Source of the DNA: Chrysomallon squamiferum
Lineage: Eukaryota > Animalia > Mollusca
Reading direction: 5' to 3'
Length of the DNA: 64,000 nt
NCBI GenBank assembly: GCA_012295275.1
Contig: CM022670.1
Location: 1,922,001-1,986,000, forward strand
A model generated the notes under the pieces. The model searched no databases. It saw only the letters and a list, made by a program, of their open reading frames with translations, and was not told the DNA's origin. The translations under genes were made by a program, and so were the position numbers. Positions 43,546 through 57,900 of the stretch are shown here, piece by piece. Position 1 is the first letter of the stretch; each line of letters opens with the position of its first letter.

Positions 43546-45010
43546 GTAAGAACAATAATTTATTTAAAAAAAAAAAAAAAAAAAAAAACATTATTCATAA
43601 AATTCACTTTAGAGGCGACTCTAAGAAAGGGTTTATACACAGTTATAATTCTTTTTAAATTATTTTCCGGAACGAATATAGAATTTTTTAAATATACTTA
43701 TATAGGGAATTCAATTTCTGAATTAATTATAATTCAGATGCGAAGCTATAATTTTTCAAAACGATTATCTTTTTCAGCGGCGAATCTATGATTTTACGGA
43801 ACAGTTTATACAGAGCATGATAATTAAAATTATCATCATTTCAGGGACAAATCAAATATTTTGATCAGCTGACAGTGGGATGTACAGTGAAGAAATAAAA
43901 AAAAAAAAAAAAAAAATAAAAATTACTGCAAGAATTTGGCATCCTTTAAATTATAAGCAGTTTTATTTCTGACATAAGTAATTCTGTTCAAAAACTATTG
44001 CATCAGTGAATCAAATAACTCGTTCAGCTGAAGAATTCAGAACTAACAATGTCTAACTCAAATAAACTAGCTTTTGTAATAATAACTAATGTTCGAGTGT
44101 TCTATGGTTGCAACATATAACTGATTGGTTAACGTCAGTCATGTGTGTTAGAATATTCTGCCATTGAAGCATTGTCTTTACGAATAAAATCATATGATCA
44201 AACTCTGCATTATTAATATTACTACTACTACTACCACTACCACCACCACTACTACTACAACAACAACAACTACTACTACTACCGTTACTACTATTACTGT
44301 TATTAGTATTTCTATAGGGTTGGTCTGTTTTCGTATTTCGCTTTTCAATCATCTAAATCTTTATTTAAAATCTACTTTTGTCCACAACCATCAAAAGCTC
44401 ATTTCCTAAACAGATCAAATGCTGTAGCCGATGTACGTAGTCCTGTTTGTTAGTAAGTCAGTTTTAACTGCCCTCAATCTTCAGACGGTCTCCTGGCTTT
44501 TCGTTGTAAACATTAATTAAATTAATTACGTGGGCTGATGACAGAGCAAACAGACACATTGGAAAGAAAGATAATAACAAGGCGTGATGGGAGGCGAGAT
44601 GTTATAAAATGACGAAGAAAAGAGGTAAAAATTACAACCATGGGAACGAGACGGGAGAGTGAGACACATACAGAGAGAGAGGCAGAGAGAGAGAGGCAGA
44701 ACAGACAGAAACATACATAGATAGACGCATAGAAAGATGGATGGATGGATGGATAGATAGACAGACCGATAGACAGATAGATAAAGAAGCACAAACTCAA
44801 AAGAGACTCTGTGAAAGAGACACAAACAGACGAGCAGAGAGACAGAGAGACTGACAGACAGCTAGAGATAAATAGCTAGATAAAGATAGATAGATAGAGA
44901 AGTAGACACATATATATAGATAAGTAGTCAAATAGCTAAACATAGAGAAGTAGACAAACAGATACAGAGAGAGATAGAGAGAAAGAGAGAAAGAAAAAGA
45001 GAAACACAAA

Positions 45011-45046
<36 letters not shown>

Positions 45047-46559
45047 AGAGCAAAACTGTAGCATCTTACCTCGTTAGCTCGGTGCTGATTCAGTTACTAC
45101 TATGCGCTGTGTTTACCTAAAACATTCTCTTTTCACAGCCACCTTCCTTTATGTCAGTAAATGACATTTAATCATTCCATAAACATTTTAGATACACTCT
45201 CGCTTTGCATTTTACGAATAAAAAAGTTCACAAACTACAAGTCTTAATAGCCTGACCCTGCTCTGTATTCTCAAATGCTGTTTTCAAAAGCTGTGTCTAT
45301 TTTTAGATCATGGCGCAGAGAATGTGTGCACTTTGAAAGGTAAAGAACAAAATGGCGATTTAGGGTGAAGCAAGCTGGCAGAAGAAGAAATGGAAAATCA
45401 TTTTTAACATGAAATTGGGCAAAAATATTTCCAGCTAAAATTTTCATGTTTATGATATATTGTATTTCCTTTATTTTTTTACAGTTCTTTTATTTTTGTT
45501 GTGTTTATTTTGTTATTTAATTTGTTTGTTTGTTTGTTTGTTTGTTTCTTTCTTTCTTTCTTTCTTTCTTTATTTATTACTGTTATTATCTGTTCGTTTC
45601 TGTACTTGTTTTGTTTTTTACTACTGACCGATCTTAAGTACTTAATCATATCTATTCGTGTGGTCTTTAGTATGAAAATGGTAGTGTATATTTTAGTTTG
45701 TTTTTGTTGTTTAATTTGGCTGAATATTTATAAAAGTAATACCATTTACTGGTTTTAATGTACTAATGGATTTTTATTTATTTATTTATTTATTTTTATT
45801 TATATTAATTTATTGTTATGTTTAGTTACAATGTACCTTTCCTTTATTTTTTATTATTTATTTATTTAATTTTCTTTACGTTATTGTTTGTATGCTTTGT
45901 TGTTGTTATTGTTGTTCTTGTTCTTTTTATGAGGTTAGGTGTCAAAACGAATGTTTCTTATTTAATTATCACCTTTATTTATTTCATTTACGGGTGTCTA
46001 TAATCTCTCCTCGCTGCTATAAAAGTACAAAGCTGTGTAATTATATCGGGTTGAGGTTATCCAGGTCAAGGACGTGTTCGGATCACGGGGGGCGCTTTTC
46101 ACGGCAAAAAATTACGTCTGTTTAAATCTTAGTGTTGAAGTAAACCAGATTTAGCTCTGAGTCAACGACACACCTATCATTTTACGATCGTCGTCGTTCA
46201 GTTGTCACGATTCTTTTTTTTTTACCAAGCGATCAACCCGACTGATAAAGGTATTCCTTGACTCCAGGTATTTCGATATTTCAGTCAAGGTTAGCACATT
46301 AAGATCGAGCCGGGGAGCAGTCGTTTGTTCAGTTAGAGGACGGTGGATTACAACGATCAAATCGCGTTGTACACTTCAGTGTGTCTGCCTGTTACCTATA
46401 CTTGTCGCGTAATGCTTTGCTGTATACGGGAAGGTACATAAAGTAAAATCCTTTACTGCTAAACCGAAGAGCTGCGACCTAGGATGACCTTCATTCCAAT
46501 AATATGGTCGTTATAAAACAATAATTATTAAAAATATAAAGAAATACTATAAGACCAAT

Positions 46560-46605
<46 letters not shown>

Positions 46606-46761
46606 TTCGAAAAAAAAAAATTCGTTCGGGACAAAATTAATTTTGAAATTACTCGACATTAATAAAACTGAGTATATTAATAATGTGTATTTCAACTTCT
46701 TTAGCAAACAAACAAAAAATAAAGAAAAATAAAAATAAAAATAAAATAATAATAATAATAA

Positions 46762-46792
<31 letters not shown>

Positions 46793-46812
46793 AAGAAGAA
46801 GAAGAAGAAGAA

Positions 46813-46858
<46 letters not shown>

Positions 46859-47013
46859 TAAAAATTAAAATAATTAAAATTTAACAAATAAATAAATAAT
46901 ATAATAAACCAGAATCAACAACAACAATAACAACAACATTTAAAATCCAAACCAGAGGTCACTGTTACTAATGCTGTGTCATTAACTTAACGAAAATTAA
47001 AACTAAGCTGCAT

Positions 47014-47064
<51 letters not shown>

Positions 47065-47410
47065 CACACACACTAATCGAGATATCATTTGCATGGTGTT
47101 TCTCTTTCAAAATGATAGTTTTCGACTTAACAAAATTATATTTTATGACTACATAAAATTATACACTCATGTTCAGTTTTGCATGAAATGTAGTGATATA
47201 CCTTAAAATTATGTACATAAATACAGTTTTTCACCCAAACTGAGTCCCACGTCTAAATTAAGTGATAAATCTAAACGACAATTTGTACTGAGCCAGGATT
47301 AACATCCATGAATCAGAATAGACACTAACAGGCCTACTGTTACTTAATCACTTAATGCGAAAGATAAATGCAACTACCGTTATAATAATTAGCGGAACCA
47401 AATGATTTAA

Positions 47411-47692
47411 TAATTACGTATCTTTTACGTAATTTTTCTTCTTCTTACCTGATCATTACGTAATATTTACTTCTCCTGTATCGAAACAAATAATTACGTA
47501 CTTTTTACGTAATATTTACTCCTTCTGCAACGAAACCAAGCAATTACGTACTTTTTACGTCATTTTCATTCTTCTTTCTAGAAAACAATAATTACGTACT
47601 TTTGACGTAATACTTACTTCTTCGGTCTCGAAAGTAATGATGATTACGTAGTGTTTACGTAACACTTCTGCTCGAGCCTCGAAACTAATAAT
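47411..47692. repeat. Diverged ~50-bp tandem array with conserved ATTACGTA-N5-TACGTAAT inverted repeat in each unit
   Basis: Units start at ~47411, 47491, 47541, 47589, 47641; extra half unit at ~47455. Confidence 0.85.
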
Positions 47693-48123
47693 TTTGCACG
47701 CTAGACTTGCCTATGATTACTGTTATAACGTTGTGTGACTGCAGACAGTAAGTACAGACCTCAGCGCGACAGAAACTCTGTTCCAAGTTTATTACTTTAT
47801 TAATAACTGCGTCTCAGCTACATTACAATACGTCCCCGTTACGCAGAACCTGATTATTGCTGAATCATTCTCTACTTGTTCAGTATTGTATGGCTGGAAA
47901 CTAAATATTGTATTCCTCTACACAGCCACACACGCGATGCACTCAGGCATAAAATAAAATAGAGCAAAATAAGATAAAATCAGTAAAATAAAATAAAATA
48001 AAATAAAATAAAATGAAATAAACGTAGTGAAAGGAAATGATAATGATAAGCTGATAAATATATAAAATAAATATCAAAAATAATGTAAAAATAAAATAAA
48101 TAGATAGATAAATTTAAAAACAA

Positions 48124-48159
<36 letters not shown>

Positions 48160-49118
48160 AATAAAAAAAAATACTAATAATAATACAAACAAAACAACGT
48201 TCTGTCAGCCATCATTATTACATTAAGTTATAATACTGTTACATAAATTTTATTAACTCTAAAACAGTGCCTTGTTGATATAACAGTTCTTTCTTCTGTC
48301 TCGAAACGGATTTTGCTTTTAAAGCGATTCCTTGTCTATTAATAATTAGTCTACTAGACTGCAAATACATCTATACAAATAAGATAAAAACATAAGACTT
48401 TGTTTTAAAAAATCACTGCCTAATATTGGTTATAACTAAAACTACCGTTATTTTTGCCGTGTAACAGTAAATGCTAAAACGATATTCGGAGACGTGATGA
48501 TTAACAAAAACTTCCTCACTCGATTGCTTAAAGATGAACAACGGAAAAGAACTGCTGAGAGGAGAAATTAGTCATGACTTCTACCAGGAGGGTGAAACGG
48601 AATTGAGAAAGCGTAGTCATAACACAGTGTCCAGTGTGAATTTTGTTTTGAATAAAAGAAAACAAAACAGAAATAAAAAAATATATTACTACTAATACTA
48701 CTACTACTACAACTACTACTGCTACTGCCACTGCTATTGCTACTACCGCTGCTACTGCTGCTTAATATAATATATTAATAGTAGTAGTAGTAATAATGAC
48801 AATAATAATAATAATAAGTTATGGATGGGCATGTATATGAAATATTCTGATCCATCTCAATGGCTAACATTTCTTGGATCTGATATTTGCTGTAGCACTG
48901 TTATTTGATTATATGACAGGAAAGTCAAGACAGTAGTTGTGTGTCATTAGTTTAGATTACAAGGTTAGATATCACCTGTGAGAAATGCGACGTCTTATAA
49001 TTACTCTTCGTAGTGACATTTGGGAATAATTTAACTCGTCTTAACATAAAATATGCGTCTATGCACTTCTACCTCGGCGTAGATGACTAAAATCGTGTGT
49101 CGCAGGCAACTGAATAAT

Positions 49119-49194
<76 letters not shown>

Positions 49195-49661
49195 ACTTCA
49201 TGGAACTGACTAAATGTTGTAACGCGTGTCAGTCACGTTGGTGTGACAGCGACGTGGATGATGTTGTTTTAGAAAGCTATCTGTCTTTGACTAGACTCAC
49301 CTGGAGTTCACAATGAATTTAAATTAATGTCATCTTCAGTATTAGTAGGCTGTGTGTCTTCCTTCAAATGTGACAAGTTTTTTTTTCTACACACAGTTGT
49401 ATGATGTAAACAAAACAAACTGTTTAGATAACAGACCTAGGGCCTCAGAAAGAGGGTAAAGCTCATTTGTGTTGTGTATTATACTTCAAAAATTGTGAAA
49501 AACAAAATGCGAGCCGAAAACAATAGATGGATTTGGATCCGAATATTGTGGCATATATTTAACTTTTTATATAATTATATGCTGTAAGTCATGAGTATTG
49601 TTACTGTTTTCTTGTCAAATTTTAAGTTTTGAGAAATAGTTTTACTGGGTACAAAGTCGCA

Positions 49662-49692
<31 letters not shown>

Positions 49693-50551
49693 CAAACCCC
49701 CCCCCCGCCCACAGAAACATTAGTTTTCTTCATAGTTATATATCTTAGACAACTAAAATAAAGTCTATAAGATAGTAACAAAATGGAAAAAATAGTTACA
49801 GTGAAAACAAAACAGTATAAAAAACGCCACAAAAACTGTTACCTCTTTACTTGAAGAAATCCGAGTCAAATATACCGATATCTCTCTACATCGACATAAC
49901 ATAACAAAGCGGTATTATTCAGCGTCACAATACACAGTGTCATGAACGAAGACAAAAATAGGTGTCTGACTCACCGTAGCATCTCAAGAAATATTTCAAA
50001 ATGTAATGAGAAGTATGTGGACAAATTACCAAAGCTGAGTGTAATATATAATAATTACATACGTGTATATTCGGCATACATATTTGTCAGGTAATTACAT
50101 TTTTTTTTTTTTTTTTTTTTTTTAATATACTAATGTACTCATTACAGTCATTCGATTAAGTCAGCTGCCAAAACTTTATGGATGAACACGTCCTGATTAA
50201 ATGTCTATTGTAGCGAGAAAGTTTTTTTTCAGTGCGAAAAGATTGAGATTTGGTAACATATTTTGATGTTATTCCAAGCAGGTACATGTTTTTGTCCTTT
50301 CGTTTACAACTGTGTTGAAGACTTCGGCAGGCTGCTTTGATTACAGTGGTTGTTTGCGTCCTGACGTGAGTCTGTCTGTTATACTGGCGAAATGAGTAGC
50401 AGCGCAAAACTGAGTGTCCAGGAAACAAATTTATATTAACCAAGAAACAGAACCGTATTAGTGAACAAAATAAATATGTGTGTGTGTGTGTGTGTGTGTG
50501 TGTACGCACATGTATTTGCTAATGAACATTCACACACACATATTCATATAA

Positions 50552-50584
<33 letters not shown>

Positions 50585-51928
50585 CATACATTTATATATA
50601 TACGTGTGTGTGTGTACATACATGTACATACATACATATATACATACATTTATATATATATATGTGTGTATATGTATGTCTATTTTTATATATATATATA
50701 TATTTTATATATATATACACATATAAATATTCACACATACACACACACGTACATATAATACATACATATATACATACACACATATACGGAAATCTATAAT
50801 TCCATAAACTAACCCTATTGATATAAAAGGTATAAAAGATTTGATTGGCCTTGAACTGCTTATACCGAGCTGGTGGAGAAAACAACGTCAAGCGACGAAT
50901 GAAAGTCTGTTTACCGATATTCAACGCAGTGACAACTCAAACACTTCTGTTTTCAGTCGACATTCAAAAATCGCCAGTTAACATCAATAATACTGTCTTT
51001 TCTGTTTACTGACATACCAAAGCACTCACTTGTTAACATAACACACACACTAACACTGTCGGCACATTGACGTACTAACTTACTAACGCAATGTTAACCT
51101 TAACGGGTTATCCTAATTTTTGGCAAATCGTTTCTCGTAATTTAATTACGTCGGAGAAACGTTATATAACAAAAGTTTTAAATGTTGTGAATCGGTTAAC
51201 TGTAACCATGGCACGCTTATATTTCTAGTGGTAATCTGTTAAAGGTTACACCAACCCACTGCCTCAGTGCGGTTAACATTACGATGTGCAGTTGAACAAA
51301 CCAGAATTAACTGAACCGGTTTCGCATGTGTGCTTAATAGTCTATTATGACTGTATATCTCCGCCTGCAACTGAATTAAATTAGGTCACACACATCCACG
51401 AACATTCTATTCCTAATAATTCGATTTTTAAAGCAAAACAACAAAATTCGTTCATTTTAGATTAACAAAGTCAAAGTTTACAGAATATTTCCATAATAAT
51501 ATTACAAACACGTGTTATATTTGTACACATGTTTTTAATATATAACAAATATAAATGCAACAAATGATGTATGCATGACAAATATTATAAACAAATTCCT
51601 ACCTTTGCCAGCAGTAATCAGTGAACGTAAGTGAGAACAGCATGGACCTGAACGACAAACTGGTTGCGGGAAATATAAAGTTGAAAAACAGCTTTTCTCA
51701 CTGTTAGACTGACAATCCGTTCCGGATCGCAGAACACACGACCTTACATTGTTTGCTACTGGCTAACTGGGTTTTCATTTAAAAAAACAATGTCCAATGA
51801 CTTGCTCATAATTATGACAGAGCAGTTTTGAAGTAGATACGTCTCTTTGCTATGCGGAAAATAGAATAATATGTGAGACGAAATAATTGTAGTGGTATTA
51901 GTAGCAATAGCACAACAAGAAATAGATC

Positions 51929-52014
<86 letters not shown>

Positions 52015-52649
52015 TAAGAAGCAGTATTATTATTCGCAGAAGTGAGAGAAGTAGGGGACAGACATTGTACAAACACACAAACACACACACACACACAAAC
52101 ACACACACATACAAATACGCACGTTTAATGTGTTTATCATATCTGCATGCAACAGGTGCATTGTACTGAACAGTGAATAATGCATTCAAAAGGGGCGTAT
52201 GACCTCATACAACCGAGTTTTACACTCAGTGTGAAATTATGTTGTTTTTCTTTCGTTGTTGTTTTTTAATTTTTATTATTATTATTTTTTGTTTTTTTTA
52301 TTATTATTATTTTTTTTTTTTTTTAGAAATAAATTGTATATTGAATTTTTATCTACGTCCTCAAAAAATAACACGTTTCTGTCAAGACCAGATGTTTCTC
52401 ATGTACTTACGTACAGTATCAAATCGTTATAGCTCGCCCAAATGTGAATTCTTAAACTGTATTTCAATTATAACTTGTAACTGAAAATTGTTCAAATAAT
52501 GTATGAAGTTAACAAATAAAGAAAAATTGTTGTTACTTTCAGAATCTTAATTTAAGAGATCATAATTTGTTATTTTTATTTTGTACGAATCGAATGTCTT
52601 TGTAAATTATTGTGTTTATTTTATTATCATTGTCATCGTACATCGCACA

Positions 52650-53010
52650 TACATGTATACACACACACATACATAAACACACATACACATACATACCCCC
52701 ACACACTCACACACATACATACACACACATACATACATACACACATACACACATACATATATACATACATACACACACATACATACATACACACACACAC
52801 ACATACATAGATACATACATACACACACATACACACACATACATACATACATACATAGATACATACATAAACACACATACACATACCTACCCACACACAC
52901 ATACACACATACATAAACACACACACATACATACATACATATACACACACATATATACATACATACATACACATACATTCATACATACATACATATACAT
53001 ACATACATAC
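52650..53010. repeat. Compound (CA)n/(TACA)n microsatellite
   Basis: Directly visible. Confidence 0.95.
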
Positions 53011-53918
53011 ATTTTATATATACAGTCGTAACACAGTGTAACTAATAATACAAATAAAATTTATGGGAAGAGAAAAGAGATAAGGGAAGCAACTCCTGTA
53101 GGTATAAACCTTTTCTGCTCGTTTGGTTGGTTTGTTCTCATCAGTGCAGTTTTCTGTTAGTTCATTTTCTTGTCAGGTGAGTAACTGGAGTTTATGCTAT
53201 CGTAACTCCTAGTCTGACTGACCTCTTTGTCAGCTGGGTGATTCGTTGATTTGTCTGCAGTGATTATTTGGCATGTCAAACTGGGTGGTCCTTTAATTAG
53301 TGGGTTGGCCGATTTCATTATTTTTTTGGTTTGTTGCCTTGTTTATTAATTGCTTGGCTCATTACCTGGTTTGCAGGTTGATTTTTAATAGCTAGGCAAC
53401 ATAGTTTATTGGTTGATTTGTTCTACTTCACTATTTCATAGTTATGTAAGTATGAGTAAAACATAAAGATTTTTAATTTAATCTACACTCACTTCTGGAT
53501 GATTCTGCTGTATATTGCTCAGCAAAAAAAAAAAATAACTGTTACTCTCCTGTTCGAAATCTGAATATTCATTTATCTTAAAACGACAAGCTCGTTTATA
53601 ACATTAATAAACGATACAAAAATAATTTAAAAAAGAACCACATTTGTTTTACATAAAATTATTTTAGTAAGACATTGTAAACATGTACTTTGTGTTTACA
53701 ATATACAAAATATTTCAATTAATACTGAATGCAGTTTACAACAAAAACGAAAAAAAATGTAACAGAATGAAGAGGGAAACTTTTCATTGTTGTGGGGAAA
53801 AAATAAACAGACATTACAATTATTCGACAATATAAACTGAGACACACTGACAACCAAATAGAATATCAGAAGTAAAACACGCATTATATATATATATATC
53901 TAGTACATTCTATCCAGT

Positions 53919-53981
<63 letters not shown>

Positions 53982-54387
53982 TACATTCTGTTAAAAAAAG
54001 CGTCTTTCGTCTTTTACAAATCACTTGTACCCTTAACTGGATATAATAAACTAGATAAAGCATATAAACACACATTGTTTCGTAGTTCAGGGTGGCATTT
54101 AAACACCAGCTAAGCAGACGACAGCTAAAGGTCTTAAGGATTTTACGATCGACTCTCACACATTATTCTTTATTTACATTGCTATCTAAAGCTAATTTAG
54201 TTCCCAACAGCTTAGAATATCGTCATACTGACATACCGTATGCAGTTACGATACGGGTTTTTTAAGCACCTTTCTACACTAATGACTAATAGACTTGTCT
54301 GCGCCATACTGAACGAACTAGTTCATTTAATATTATGAGTTTTGTTACTTCTTACAACATATTATAGTTTCGTACTGCTCGTTTCTG

Positions 54388-54418
<31 letters not shown>

Positions 54419-54574
54419 GATAACTCTCGGAGGACTAGGAAGAATGTGTACTAGACCAGTATCTCTTGAAATGGAAATATTTAACCCCGTACGTCGAATA
54501 AATTAATGTTATAATTAATTAGCTTTCAAACGAGATTTAATATTATTAACATTAATCCTGTCAGCTCATCTGTT

Positions 54575-54845
54575 AGTACCAAATGCCAGTCCGTTCGTTT
54601 GGCGTAGCCTTGATTATTATCAGTCTATTATTATACTAATTATTACAAGTAGTACAAAATACCACTCCACTGATTTGGCGTAACCTTCATTATTATCAGT
54701 CTATTATCAAACTAACTAACTATCAGTTACCAAATACCGGTTTATTATTATTATTTATTTTTTATTTTTTATTTTTATTTTTATTTTTTGCATAATATTT
54801 TTATCAGTCATTATCAGTCTGTTCTTTGGCGTAACCTTAATAATA
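54575..54845. repeat. Degenerate ~77-bp repeat (ttggcgtaaccttcattattatcagtctattat), 2-3 copies, downstream of the uncharacterised gene
   Basis: Motif recurs at ~54599, ~54675 and partly at ~54826. Confidence 0.6.
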
Positions 54846-54951
54846 GGTAGTTTCTGTTTCTGTTAACTTTTAAACAGTAGCTAATAAATAAATAAACAAA
54901 CAAACAAATAAACAAATAAATAAATAAATAAATAAATAAAAGTCATACAAA

Positions 54952-57900
54952 TTAAGCGTAACTCTTTGTGATTTTCAGTTTACTAGGATCCTGCAGATCC
55001 CACATCGACATCCTTCTCCCGCCACGAGGTCCTTGCGATGCCGTGCTGTTGCCCTTTCTTCTGATGTATCTGCATTTCTTCAGACTGTCCCCCGCGCCGA
55101 ACTTGTCGGCCTGTCGTATCTGTTCGTTGGTGAAGACGTCAAACGGGTATTTAGACTCCTTGGGGCCGCTCAGCTCGCTGGAAGTCACGGACAGAGGCGT
55201 CGAGGCTTTGGGAACAACCAGCTCTCCCGTGAACGCCTTGTTCTCCGCTAACAACAACAACAACAACAACATCAACAATAATAATAATAAAACAACAACA
55301 ACAACAACAACAATAATAATAATAACAACAACAACAACAACAACAACAACAATAATAATAACAACAACATCAGCAATAATAGTAATAAAAACAACAACAA
55401 CAACATCAACAATAATAATAACAACAACAACAACAACAATAATAATAATAATAATAACAACAACAACAACAATAATAATAACAACAATAACAACATAACA
55501 ACAACAACAATAATAATAGTAATAATAACAAATATATATTTATGTAAAGATTATTGGTTTTTCTCTTTTTTATAATTTTTTAATAATTTTTTTTATAATG
55601 TTTTTTTTTTATAGGCTACATTTTTTTTACTTGGTAATACATATCTTTAATATGTAGAACATACATTCTAAGTGCCTGATGTTATCAAGTACAAAATAAT
55701 CATAATGGCTTCTTGTAAAATTAGTTTTAATTCTCGCTTATGCACCTGTATATATATATATATATATATACAAAAATCTTTCTTAATACTGTTTACTCAA
55801 CTTTTTAAATGAAATATCAAATAATAATAATAAAAATAATAGCAATAGCAATAATAATAATAATAAAAATAATAGCAATAATAATAAATAATAATAGTAG
55901 TAGTAATAATAATAATAAATAAATAAATAAATAAAAATGAAAATAACCACCGTTCTTGAAAATCTCATTTTTCTTTTCTCATTTTTTCTCTTTCTCTCCT
56001 TTGTTTTCTTTCTGTCTTATGTTGTTTATTTTAAATTTTCCTTTTTCTTTTATTATTCATAATTATAGTTCTTTACTTTATCTTTTCTTCAAAGTATTTT
56101 CTTTGAAGATCAAAACAGCTTTTTTAAAATTCAAAAGTTTAGTGAAATTAAGTGAAATAATGTCTTTGAAACGATGCATTGATGATAATCTCGTATTTGA
56201 TTTATTTTAGGAGTGTGTCAAGTAATCAGAAAAGATTTGTTCACGCGTAAAACACGTTTAGTTTGCTTCATTTCGCTGTCATTTGCTTCACTTCATTTTC
56301 AGCAATGTTGCGTGTTTTTAGTTGATTTTGATTTTGATTTTTAAAAAGGGGTTTTTATTTACTTATTTGCTTATTTACTTACATACCTATTTTGTTTATT
56401 TATTTAATTTACTTTATTTCATTTTTCTCGTTTTATTTTTATTTTTTATTTTTTTTTTTTTAATTTTATTTTATTTCATTTATTTCATTTCATTTATTAT
56501 ATTTTACAATTGTTTTATTTGTTTGTTCTTTCATTCGTCTATTTATTTAGGCTACGTTAGTTTTATTTATTTTACTTTCTTTAATTGTTTAACTCGTTTT
56601 GCAAACTAAGTTTCAGTTCGCTTGTGTTATTTTTGTACATGAATATGGTGTCTGTTGTATATGCGAACAATGTTTGTTTGTGTTGGAGCATGCATGTATG
56701 TATGTATCTTTTTGTAATTATATAGTTGCAGATATTTATATATGTGAACCTGTGTCAATATATGGTTTGTGTGTGGCTGTGAATTGATAAATGAATGGCG
56801 AAATATAATGAAATATTATTTACCAAATTCCATCGAGATAGTGTTGAAGAACTCTCCAATTTTAATTCTCTGGTTTAGTATGTCTTCTCGGTTCTTTCTC
56901 TCCAGTTTCTTCTGTAGATACAGTTCCTTGTGACTGGGCGGTATGAACCTATCTATTTTCTTAGGCACCAGCTCTCCCTCCAGTTTATTGTGAGAAATAA
57001 GTTTGTACTGATGCACCTCCTCTTTGTCGAGAATTCTTGCTTGACGACTCTTTTTATATTTTTCCTCCAGTTTCAAAATCCAAGCCATATTGGGTGAAAT
57101 TTCTTCATCAAGATCGTTATACTGTTTCCCAGTCGCTTGTTTGTTCGCGTTTTTTCGCTTAATTGTTGCTTCGTCTGTCATCTTTTGTCTGACTCCTCGA
57201 ACTGAACTGTCTGTTTTTTCTTGGCGTTTTTCAAAGGTTCTAGAAAAACGTCTTCTTTTCTTTCCGCGATACTGGGTACCAGACAGCAAAATCAGTTCCA
57301 TTTTTGTTAAAAGATCTGTCAGTAAATTCTGTATCATCTTTCTTTTTAATTAGTCTAGGATCTTGTTTTCTGTTTTCGGTATCTGCTGATTTTAACGTGA
57401 TCAAGATGATCCTTGTTCTTGTTTTCTTTCCTCATCCTTTACGGCTTCCATAACTTCGGTTCGCGATGTTTTCCTCTCATCTACACTGTCTCTCAAAGAA
57501 CGGATCAGCGGGGGATCTCCTACTCGTGTAATTTTTCTTCTTCTGATGGAGGGTAAAGAATTCCTTAAGCTGTTTCTTTTTGAGGCTTCTGTGTCGCTGC
57601 TGGCGCGAGAGACAACACTTTTCTGTTTCTCGATGGCAGGACGTGATTCGGAACTAGTCCGAGAAAGAAACGTGGATTCTTTTTCTGTGTTAGAAAAGTA
57701 CGACTCGTTCATCTGCGGATTACCGAAAGTAAACCATCCAAAATCTTTCTCGTTGATTTCTTCTTCAGGGTCCGGCGGTTCAAACACTGATTTTCTTCTG
57801 CTGCTACTCGTGGAATGTTTTTTGAATTCTTTTTTATCCTCGTTTCTTTTGGGTTGGGCATTTCATTTTCCTTGTCAACAGCAAAACTGACTTGTCTTGA

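Noticed and set aside
47411-47692. CRISPR reading of the palindromic repeat-linker array
   Set aside because: Linkers are homologous to one another (ttactt...cgaaac.aat); it is a diverged tandem repeat. Kept as a regulatory lead only.
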